Source of the DNA: Octopus sinensis
Taxonomy: Eukaryota
Assembly (NCBI RefSeq): GCF_006345805.1
Contig: NC_043004.1
Location: forward strand, 32,984,001-33,048,000
Length of the DNA: 64,000 nucleotides
Direction: 5' to 3'
The translations under genes were made by a program, and so were the position numbers. Below, one piece after another: positions 52,571-64,000 of the stretch (its first letter is position 1; each line of letters begins with the position of its first letter). Under the pieces are notes generated by a model. The model made no database searches, was not told where the DNA came from, and was given only the letters and a program-made list of their open reading frames with translations.

Positions 52571-52960
52571 TACAACAAGCGTCACTGAGTGTCTAAAAAC
52601 TACGTAACGAGCATAGAAAGCCAAACTACAGATAGACCTGAGGCGGATAAAGATACAACAGATACACAAGTATCCCTACAGTCAGACATTCTTTGTCACT
52701 TCTGAAACCACAGACACCAAGTTCAGAGCAGTTTCAGAACAAGATCTGGAAGATATGTAAAGGAACTCATTAGACTGGTTTTATAAAAAAGGTTAAAATA
52801 AAATTTTAAAATATGCTGTAGAGAGAATAAAATGCAGAAATGCATATTATATCTATTAAAAATGCCTTACATGGGCTGCCTTCATGAATTACTCCCGACC
52901 ATACGTTTTTGCTGAAAATTCCACAGTTATGGCATTGATAGTCTATCAGTCTAAAATATA

Positions 52961-54473
52961 CAGCCTTCTCCAAAAGTATTAGGCCACCCCAATGTTTTGG
53001 GGTTTTGCTATCTCAAAGTTAATGAAACTCGTGCACATGGTAGATTATGGCATATTTCACAATATGCATTAGTTTTAATATCTGGTTGGCCATTCTTTAG
53101 CATCAGTTACCACTTTTATACTGTACCGTACATATGTAACCAATTATGTGTAAGACCAACGTCCAAAATTAACTTACGTTTCCTTGATCATTTCAGAGTG
53201 TTATGCTAAAATACGTCGTAGATACAGTTAATAAACAGTAAAATGCCTAAAACAAGGGAGTTGAATGAGTGTGAGCGAGGTCAAATCGTAGCTCCTCATG
53301 AAGATGGAATGTCTCAAAGGCAAATTGCTCAGAAGATTAAATGTTCTCGATGTGCGGTGCAAACGAGTCCCAAGCGCTTCAGAGAGACAAAAGATGTGAA
53401 GACTACACAAAGAACTGGTAGAAAAAAGGTTACATCACCTCGTGATGACAGATCCATCATCCATCATCCGCTCAGAAACAGGAGAAAAACATCGTCGGAG
53501 TTCAGTGCGGTATTCAACGAGGCAGGTACAAATATCAACCAGAACTGTTAGAAGAAGGCTTGTAGAGTACGGTCTGAAAGGCTGTTTCTGAAGCGAATAT
53601 GGAAAAACGTCTTCAGTGGGAAAAAAATCACTCAAATTGGACCAGTGAGCAATGGTCGAAAGTCATATGGTCTGATGAAAGTAACTATGGGGTAAGATAG
53701 TACGTGTATTCAATCAACATATAAACTTAATGCAACTGGTTTGTTGCCCCCAAAATATAAAAAAATTCAACATAAAACTAATATTATTTTTCATGTTTTT
53801 ACCCAGATTTTCAGTACATCTGATGCAACTTTCGTACATCGCAGAGTTGGGGAAGCATTTAAGGCTGAATGTCTGGTACCAACCGTAAAATATGGGGGTG
53901 GTTCTATCATGGTGTCGGTCTGCATGTCTGCCACTGAACTCGGAGAATGTTTTATGTCAGGGAAGGATGACCAGCTACCTATGTTTCTATGTTATCGGAT
54001 GTTTTAGAGCCATCAAGTGCTAAATTGCATCCAAGAGTGTCGAAAATCAGTGTTATTTTACAACAGGACAACGCTCCATGTCATGCAGCAAAGAATACTC
54101 GTCAATGGTTTGTGACACAGGGTATTGTTCCCAAGGACTGGCCATCTCAAAGTCCCGATCTAAATCCGATCGAACACCTATGGGGAACTCTTGGTGAAGC
54201 TATCAGGAACACAACAATAAAAATAAAGAGCATTTGTACCAAATGTTGAGAGGAGAATGGAGTAAAATTGCACCCAGCACCTGCAAGAAACTAGCTGATT
54301 CATTGCCTAACCGTATAAAAGCGGTAATTGATGCTAAAGAAGGGTCAACCAGATATTAAAACTAATGTATATTGTGAAATATACCATAATCTACCATGTG
54401 CACGAGCTTCTTTGACATTGAGATAGCAGAACCCCAAAACATTGGAGTGGCCTAATATTTTTGGCCAAGGATG
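52961..54473 (+). mobile_element. Tc1-family (DD34E) DNA transposon, near full length, ~164-bp TIRs, TA TSD
   Basis: TA|CAGCCTT..AAAAGTATTAGGCCAC and GTGGCCTAATATTTT..AAGGATG|TA. TIRs at 52961-53124 and 54310-54473. Confidence 0.95.
53243..54359 (+). pseudogene. Tc1 transposase pseudogene with a 115-bp intron (53692-53806)
   Basis: MPKTRELNECERGQIV..(HTH)..TGRKKVTS; WSDESNYG^IFSTSDATFVHRR..PTVKYGGGSIMV; QQDNAPCH...WPSQSPDLNPIEHLW (D34E). Frameshifts are present. Confidence 0.93.
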
Positions 54474-55714
54474 TAGAGTCGAGGCTGTATTTTAGTTTTA
54501 CTGAAAAGGTAAGCTATGATAGAATCGAAAGATATGCATAGAGTAATGTTGAAGTGTATTTGTGGTAAGGAGGTCATCTTGTGTAACGATTGATGTAAGT
54601 TGTCGACTGATTAAACGACCTGTAAAAAATACACTTGAGAGGTTATTACCCACGTGTTCGATATATAAACGCAACACTGGGAATTGTGCTAAACTTGTAC
54701 TGAGTTCAGCCTCTCAGCTGTAGCTAGGCTGGAGTACAACTACGTTTCAAATTTCATACTGTTTCAACTAACACAATAAACAGAACAATTTTGTGGTAAT
54801 GCAATATAAGGAGATTATTTTAGTTACTGGCTGACAGCGCAAAGTGTTGACCGGAAGTTCAATTTACAAACCGGACGCTCAAATTGCTGTCCGGAAACTC
54901 AACCATCTGAGACAAAAATTCGATCAAATGATAAGTTAATAGCTATTCTTACAAACTGCCAAAATCACTGCTGTATTTCATTAGACCAATCAATGAAATA
55001 TGGAGAATAAGCTACTTATTTGAAAAGATATTTTAATCGAAAATAAAATGGATAAAACATAAGTAAAAAGTATATAGTTTCCTTTTATATTTTTAAAAAA
55101 ACTTTCCTTAGTTTTTAAATGAAGGTTTGGTGTTTTAGTCCATACCCATTCTCCTTAGAATAATCACCACCATTTTTTTTTTTTTTTTACTTTTTGTTTT
55201 CAAGTTATGATTTTGTATTTTACCTCCTTTTTTTCCTCTTTCCGGTTATTTTGCTTCTGAATAGCATGTTTTTCGCCTTTCCATCTTCCGCTCATTCTTT
55301 TTTTTTTTTAATTGAGATCTCTTCGATAATTTTATATTTTCACATTTCACCGATTTATTTCTATAGAATTGGGAACTTTTGTTACAGGCTAGAATATCGA
55401 ATATTAATAGGTGGCAATATTGTTGGCACTTCTGCATTGCTTCAGTTGCCAATTCAATGGTTACTCGTTCTATTCAGCCTGAAAAAAAATTGCCTTATTT
55501 ACGTCTAGAATTAAAATAGATCTTAATTCATTGGGTTTCCTGTTTGTAATAAAGCTCTAGAAGTACGCTTTCTGCATTCTCACATTGTCACAAAAGTTAC
55601 CATGGAGGGAACTCTTTTTTACTGTTTGCCCATTCACCCCGTTCCACAGCTCACACACGCGCACATACATGCGCACTTATATATACATCTCTCTCTCTCT
55701 CTCTCGCTATATAC

Positions 55715-55767
<53 letters not shown>

Positions 55768-56180
55768 CACACATATATGATATATATGCATATGTATGCG
55801 TTTGCATGTATGTATGCACGTATGGATGTATTATATATATATATATATAGAATACTAATGTAGGATGTTGAAAATGGGAATTTTCTTATCAAATTATAAT
55901 ATTATATAAATATATAGGAAATAGGGTTGACAAAATAGATTTTAATCTTGTTACTCTATATAATTTCTGTTGCAGACCATGAAGGAACAATTTTTGATTG
56001 GTTCTGGAACTGTATTATGAAAAGTCTTCAAATCTTAATGTAGAAAGAGGAATACGCAGGAGAGAATCCCTTCTCCACAAGAAATTCATAGAAATACTCT
56101 AACTTATCGCTGCTGGGTTAACCGATCTTATTTATTTTGTAGTGCTGCCGTTGTTTATTTATCATGGTAGCAAAATGTAT

Positions 56181-56301
<121 letters not shown>

Positions 56302-56758
56302 CATAAGCGATATGCTTATTTATACTTCAAAACGCTGATGGCTTTAAATAAAGGAAAAATATGGAATAATTACATAAAACTTTGATCTGAAATCAGCAAA
56401 ACTGGATCCAGGTCAGTTATATACGACTTACTTTCTTATCCTGCAAAAAAAAAAAAAATTCCCCTAAAAATGCATATACTAAAATCTTTTTTCTATACAA
56501 AAGACTCGAAGCAACAAATGACTCCTTATTTTTCTTTGTTTTCTTCTATCTTTCTCACTTTTGTAATATATGCTTACATAAATTATATATCAGACTCACT
56601 TTAAGAATAGGTATACCTGTAAAATTTCTGTTAAGCTATGATTCAAAAACACTTATTCTGTGAAAACGCATCTTCGTATTTTTCTATTTTTCATATATAT
56701 GTACACAGAATAGAATTATTCTCCACCTATGTTAAAAAGTTTAACATGTTTTAATTAT

Positions 56759-56816
<58 letters not shown>

Positions 56817-58640
56817 CAAGAACGAAAATGGCACTTTCTTAATATTGGGTAGATTTTAATTTTCCATTACATATTTCGGTTTTTGAAAAACCTTACCAAA
56901 AATATGTACAAAATGGGATATGTAAAGAGAAAAGAGCTATTAAAAAATCAAATATTAACATTCATAGTTTACTTTCGAAAGGCAAAGTCGACCTCGGTGG
57001 AATTTGAACTCACAACGCAGCAGCAGACGAAATACCGCTTAGCATTTCGCCTGGCATGCTAACGTTTCTGCCAGCTCGCTGCCTTGAAGAGAAATTATAA
57101 TGGCAAAAATAAAAAAAAAAACGCGTGATCTATAAAACAAACAACAAAAGCCATTCCCATTGATATAATTGGCTGTAGAGAGTTGTTGGAAAATGGTGTT
57201 GTGTCTTGTCAAAAGAGATCTTTGCTGGCTATAATAAGGAGCATGAGTTAGTCGAAAGAAGCGCTAAATATTAATAAGTCTCAATATCATGGAAAACGGC
57301 TTCATTGCTTTAGTTGCCAATTGAATGGTCGCTTGTTTCATTGTTCGCGAGGAGAAAGCCTTTAAGCTTACAAATAACGAACAGCTAATTGCGAGAATGC
57401 AAACTTTCTCAGCTGATAGCATTTTTATGTTAAAAAAGATTAATATTAATTAGAGATTCTTTGTGAAGACCAAATGTACCAGTGGCCGCTCTTTTGAATT
57501 ACAAAACTCGTGCCACACAAATTTATTGTGTTTGAGAAGCTTTGCAAAAGACACACAATTCAAAAGCTAATGATGCTCTCATACAGTAGTTGCCAACATT
57601 TTCACTCCAAAAATCCCTTTTATTTTAATGAATTTTTCCACGGTCCCCAGATCTGTCGAATTAATAAAAAAAAACCCAGCTTTTATTAACTCAAAGCAAA
57701 CTCGTTTTTCCAGTTTGATCCCTCATTTCAATGATATTTGTAAATAAATAATTATATATAATCGAGAAATGATAAATTTTACTCTGGAATCCTTGAAACG
57801 TTTGATGACAGTTCACTGGTTGTCAGTGTATTACCTTTGGAGTCCACTCAAGATCTATGGGCCCCTTGCTGGTTTCCTTTCTGCTCTAATTAATTACAAC
57901 ATTAGATTTTATGAAGTTGTTCACCTTGCCACCTACAAGGACGTGGAATGAAAGTGTAATGACCTGTGTTGATGTATAACATCATAATGTTGACTGAGAA
58001 CAGAAATGAATACCTAAGAGACTGACCACATGTGCACAACAGATTTTGCTAGTTGTAACAACAATCTATTACTTTAAACTACATTGTAATCCCATTGTCA
58101 CGTCTAGTGACACTGTCATACTTATGGTAGTTTGAAATTTTGTTTCAACATCATAAACATTGGGGTTACACGCTAATTTCAGTTAAATTCATCTCTGTGC
58201 TTGGCTTTTACTGTATTTCATTACCTTCGAATGGATGGAAAGTAAATCTGACCTCGACAAGAATTGAAATCTTTACGCAAAAAGTAAGGAAAGGGATCAC
58301 AATAAATTTGCTTGACGCTCTAATGATTCTGCAAGTGCTCACATCTAACCACAGTCACTTCTAGCAATATGCATACATGCATACATACATACATATATAT
58401 ATATATACATAAATACATGCATACATACATACATACATGCATACATACATAACATACATAGATACAAACAAACATACAAACATAACATACATACAAACAC
58501 ACACACATATATATACATACATACATACATACATACATACAAATATACATAGAAACATACATACATGCATACACATATATATACATACATAACATACGGT
58601 TGATTCGTACATTACAAGTGCAATCTGTGAGCGGAACAGT

Positions 58641-59460
58641 AAATTAATCACAATCCCTTACAGCTGTTTCAATTAATACTCAGTAATCTATATATATAAA
58701 ACTGTAGTTGTGTGAGTGTCTGTCCCCTTCGATTTAGATTCCTAACTACTCCCACATTTTGCGGTGCAGTTTAACCAAATTCGGGTATCTTATAGTCGTG
58801 ATTCATATCGAGCCCGTCTGAGTATTAGCGCGCGTCTACGATGAGTCTACGATTTTAAAAATAATTTAACATAATTTTTTATTCCATTTTAATACATAAT
58901 TTTTCGTGTGTCGATGGCGGCGGAGTTGGCGTCCACGGTCACACCTGCACCTGTTTGCTTCTCCTCCTTCTTCCCTCCCTCGTGAAGCTGTGGGGAAGGG
59001 AGTTTAAGGAAATTAACGTCGTAATGCGTTGTCAAGGAGACCAGCGTTCTTTTAGAACAACGACTTCATGGCTTGAAGACACCAAAACAGAAATGGCTAA
59101 GAAAGCCCGAATTGGCATCTATAAAGGAAGTAACTCTCTAAAAATGCTTATATAGTTATTTCCCTTACAAACCCGAGCAACGCCGGGCGATACTGCTAGT
59201 ATTAAATAAATATTAAATTTATATGACCTGACCATAATATCCTCAGAGGAAAAAATAAACACACTTGGATGTTTTATACCTGTTTATGGATGCATTATAG
59301 CAGACTCTATAATGAATCTGCTGCTATAATGAATCCATAAACATATAAACAACATTCAAGGGTATAATTTTTTTCCCTCTGAAGATATTATGCTCAGGTC
59401 ATATAAATTTGATATTAACTCAATATTTACTGAAACAGCTGTAAAGATAATGATTAATAA
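58641..59460. mobile_element. Foldback/MITE-like long palindrome interrupted by a Helitron
   Basis: Arms 58641-58686 plus 59208-59305 are the reverse complement of 59315-59460. Confidence 0.75.
58687..59199 (+). mobile_element. Non-autonomous Helitron
   Basis: A|TC start, CCCGAGCAACGCCGGG hairpin and CTAG|T end. Homologous to 15049-15432. Confidence 0.9.
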
Positions 59461-59647
59461 TGAACAACTGTTAACTTCCGATTCTCCATTTTCTTTTTTT
59501 TTTTCTTTTATATGAATATAAACTATGTTTTCACATATATATTCCTATTATTTTAAAGAATTTAATTCATCCAAAATACTGAGTATTGAACTAGTATTTC
59601 TTTGCATGAAATCATCCCTTCATGAGGTTAACACAACCTCTAATCGA

Positions 59648-59689
<42 letters not shown>

Positions 59690-59695
59690 CTTCTC

Positions 59696-60452
59696 TGCTG
59701 GAGCACCGCCTTTAGTCGAGAAAATCCACCCTAGGACTTATTCTTTGTAAGCTTAGTACTTATTCTATCGGTCTCTTTTGGCGAACCGCTAAGTTACGGG
59801 GACGTAAACATACAAGCATCAGTTGTCAAGCGATGTTGGGGGTGGGGTGGGGGGGGGCAAACACAAACACACACACACACATGTACATATACATATATAC
59901 GACGGGCTTCTTTCAGTTTCCGTCTACCAAATCCACTCACAAGGTTTTGGTCGGCCCAAGGCTATAGTAGAAGACACTTTTCCAAGTTGCCACGCAGCAC
60001 TTACCACACAGCCACTCCTGCGCCTATATATATCTAAATATATATATATTTTTTACTTGTTTCAGTCATTTGACTGCGGCCATGCTGGAGCACCGCCTTT
60101 AGTCGAGCAAATCGACCCCGGGACTTATTCTTTGTAAGCCCAGTACTTATTCTATCGGTCTCTTTTGCCGAACCGCTAAGTGACGGGGACGTAAACACAC
60201 CAGCATCGATATCAAGCAATGCTAGGAGGACAAACACAGACACACAAACACATACACACACACACACACATATATATATACATATGTACGACAGGCTTCT
60301 TTCAGTTTCTGTCTACCAAATCGACTCACAAGGCATTGGTTGGCCCGGGGCTATAGCAGAAGATACTTGCCCAAGATACCACGCAGTAGGACTGAACCCG
60401 GAACCATGTGGTTGGTAAGCAAGCTACTTACCACACAGCCACTGCTGCGCCT
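59696..60452 (-). mobile_element. Two tandem SINE family B copies
   Basis: 59696-60025 and 60050-60452 each match family B. Confidence 0.88.
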
Positions 60453-60811
60453 GCATGCAGACAGAAACCAAGACTGAAGATTTTCAGACGATGAATATAA
60501 GTAGAAGTGTATAAGTATAGTGATATTTATATAAATAACATTGACAGATAAAACAGAATACAAACGACAGAGAAAATTATTGGGGAGGAAGTAAAGTGTT
60601 ACAAGTGCAACAGCTGTTTCTAGGGGTTTCAAAAATTCCTCATAATGTTGGTAAATGTGGTTCCCCGAGATATGCCAGCCAGTAATGAAAGCAAATAAAC
60701 ATTGGGTAAATCGGGCTTCGGTCGTCAGAGTAGAAAAAAAAACAATCTGACATTTCAGATCATGATGTAGAGAGTTTTAAAATGTGGAAGGTTTAAACGT
60801 GGAGAGCAAGC

Positions 60812-60845
<34 letters not shown>

Positions 60846-60861
60846 ATGTGTGTGTGTGTGT

Positions 60862-60911
<50 letters not shown>

Positions 60912-61313
60912 TGTGTGTGTGGATAAATTAAGAAATGGAGCCAAACGTTGGTGTTATTCAAATTATTTGATTTGAATAACACCTGCGTTTGACCCCATTT
61001 CTTGATTTATTCATGTGATACAAAAACATTTCTCTTAACCCTGAAATTTCTACCTTTATATGTAGTCAGTAATATCTTTGGCACTTATGTGAATTTTTGC
61101 TTCCCTGGTAACTATTTATTTTTTATTTGTTATTCTTACACATTGAAAAAATATACATATATATTTATATATACATGCAGACATATATTTATATATATAT
61201 ATATTCATTTATTTATATATAGTGAGAATTTACAAAAAAAACAACAAAAGACGAAGACAGGTGTATAAACAACAAACAGATGTATTAGTTTAACGCTAGG
61301 GAAGTGATAAAGT

Positions 61314-61349
61314 CTTTTACGTTTCGAGTCTACGCTCTTCAATAGAAAG
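61314..61349 (-). ncRNA. Degenerate hammerhead-like motif in a Penelope-type terminal repeat (61220-61400)
   Basis: The reverse complement reads CTTT-CTATTGA-A-GAGC-GTAG-ACTC-GAAA-CGTA-AAAG. Stem I is CTTT/AAAG, and the core deviates from CUGANGA at two positions. Confidence 0.5.
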
Positions 61350-61419
61350 GGACACGAGAAAATAAAAAGAGAGAGAAAATAGAATATAGAAAAATAGAAA
61401 TATATATATATATATATAT

Positions 61420-61423
<4 letters not shown>

Positions 61424-61509
<86 letters not shown>
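61424..61509. repeat. (GATA)n microsatellite
   Basis: Read directly from the sequence. Confidence 0.97.
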
Positions 61510-61510
<1 letters not shown>

Positions 61511-62278
61511 AAGATATACATATGTTTGTGTGTGTGTAAATATATGAAATGGCGAAAAAGCTCTCCTCCCCCACTACGTTGATACAATCCGTCCTAATTA
61601 GAAATTATTATTGCTGTACTTAGATTTGTTTATAAAGCCAGCACCTCGCCTGAGAGACAGCAAGTCTGTGCAGTACTTAATTCCATCTATTTGTAGAGAA
61701 GTAGTTTTCACAACAGTCCATATATTAAGCCATATACAGTCTGAGATTAATATTATAGATGATATCTTTTCGAGAGGTTATAAGTTTATCTCCTGTAACC
61801 AGCTCGGAATATTTCAATTGAAACATCGGCTATTCTAAAATATTTCCTTCTGACCTTGGTTATATTAAGCCACACAGACGCAAGGACATTGGCACGACTT
61901 CTTGCTTGTATTTTTCCTCTTTTGATTCGAAAATGATTAAATAACAAAGCAAAGAAGCAGACTGTTCTGTCGAAGAATATAAGGCTTTAACAAATTTCTG
62001 AATGGCTGCCAAAAAGCACAGTCTGTAATGACACATCGTCTACTGTCCAGACTATAAGTTTCCCTGATGTCTAAACGAGAAAATATTCTGGCTTTTGTAA
62101 TGAAATATAACCCCGTTTCCAACAATAGTTTCTGGCTGGATGTAAATGAAGTAAACAGATTGCCTGGGTCAGAAACAGTTAAATCGTTTTTACTGATAAC
62201 ATAGATAGAACCAACATATATATATATATATATATATACATATGTGTGTATGTATATATATATATATATGAGTATACC

Positions 62279-62325
<47 letters not shown>

Positions 62326-62344
62326 ATGTATATATATATACATA

Positions 62345-62385
<41 letters not shown>

Positions 62386-63043
62386 CTATATATATACGTA
62401 TGTATACATATATACATATATAATATATATATACACATAATATATATATACGTGCACACACACATGTATATATATTATATTATATCACATTTTATGTGTG
62501 TATGTGTGTGTGTGTAGTTTAATCTGAATGAACGCAAGCATAAAGGAAAAATAAAATTATTACGTACATCGCAAGATAGTTATCTTTTTTCCCAGAGTAA
62601 AATGTCTATGCCTCTGTTATTTTACCATTTGTTAATAACGAATGAAAAATGTATTGAATCAAATCTTTTACTTCTCCTCAACCAACAAACGTAGACCTCT
62701 AATACAAATCTATAAAAAAATATAAAAGTGTTTCATTCGAATGTGTTAGCCAGATACTCTAAATTAATTCTGAATCGCATTTATCTATGTTCCAATTTAG
62801 CATTTTTCATATGCCATTTATAGACGGGGCCTGAGGCAGAGTTAGCTGCTGCCGTAGACATAAACTGATTGATCAATTAGAACGAAAAGATTTTCTGAGG
62901 TTTATGTTGCCACTGATCAGAGAATTATTATTCTCCTGGATACAATATAAAACAGAAAAACCAAAAAAACAAATGGAAACAAACAAGTAATTAATAGGAA
63001 TTTTTCTGCAAGTTCTTTAAGATAAAATTAATCGACTAATTAC

Positions 63044-63108
<65 letters not shown>

Positions 63109-64000
63109 TGTGTGTGTGTGTGTGTGCGTGTGTGTGCGTGCGTATGTGTGTGTTTGTGTGCTTATATAATAAGGTTAAGATGTTTTTCTAAACATTTGAA
63201 TATATAACCAAACAGATTGTTTATAAACATATGTACATATATAGATATGTATATACATATATAAATATATATATATACACATACACATATATATACATGT
63301 ATATATTTATGTATATATATATATACATATACATATACATATACATATATGCTTGTCTATAAACCATCTGTTTGGTTATATATTGAAATGTTTACAAAAA
63401 CATCTTAACCTTATTATATAAGCATATATATTTATGTGTGTGCGTGTGTGTGCATGTGTATGCATATTTGCAAGTATGTATATGTAACTGGAAGCTGTAG
63501 CTTCCTGATTCGTTCCAAGTCTGCAGCACCGTTTATTGGACTGTTTATTCCGGTTTCTGCATTCGGGAAAATATTTCTTTTACATTCACTGTAAAAAAAA
63601 AAAATGTCGTCCATGAATACAGAAACGCGGACGTACATATATTCTTATCAGCACTATTTAATTTCATTTATCCCATAAAGCTGTCTGAATGAAAATTGTC
63701 AGAAATCGAAGGTATTTATCAATAAATAATCAAATCAGCTCTTTTTATTTTTTTCAGGGAAAGGAACAATAAATTGTAATAATTCAACACTCTACTAGTT
63801 TTATTTTATCGATCTCGAAAGGTTGTTAGGAAGAGTTGACCTCAGCATGGATTAAACGCAGAAGCGATAAATAGTCATCACTCATATAACATGGCTTATT
63901 GACCGACGCTCTAACGTTATACGTATTCTCATTCAATGGCTGTCTTCAATTCGTCGACTTTCTCCAACTTTGTACCGTAAACTTTATCGTTTATGTATCC

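Overview
This is AT-rich animal genomic DNA, intronic or intergenic, packed with (TA)n, (CA)n, (TACA)n, (TAGA)n, (ATC)n, (ACC)n and (TAA)n microsatellites and with retroposons. The repeat landscape strongly suggests an octopus or other coleoid cephalopod genome (inference). I see no intact protein-coding gene. Almost all ORFs in the supplied track are microsatellite read-through, and there is one weak 54-bp exon candidate at 6872-6925. Recognisable elements are: three abundant SINE families, a near full-length intron-containing Tc1 (DD34E), an internally deleted maT (DD37D), Gypsy pol relics, RTE, RTE-X and R4/Dong LINE relics, a Penelope GIY-YIG relic, two non-autonomous Helitrons, a Helentron/DINE-like element and two piggyBac-type MITEs. 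The most interesting signal is a recurrent ~250-300 bp element that joins a tRNA-like Pol III head, a (TAA)n linker and a minimal type I hammerhead ribozyme (HHR) with a palindromic AACGTT stem III. It has four copies; the one at 52278-52570 has an intact core, a 12-bp target-site duplication (TSD) and an inverted 3' tail. Separate Penelope-type hammerhead motifs occur at 18263, 43274 and 61314. Together these suggest a Penelope-mobilised, ribozyme-bearing SINE system. All alignments and folds were done by eye.
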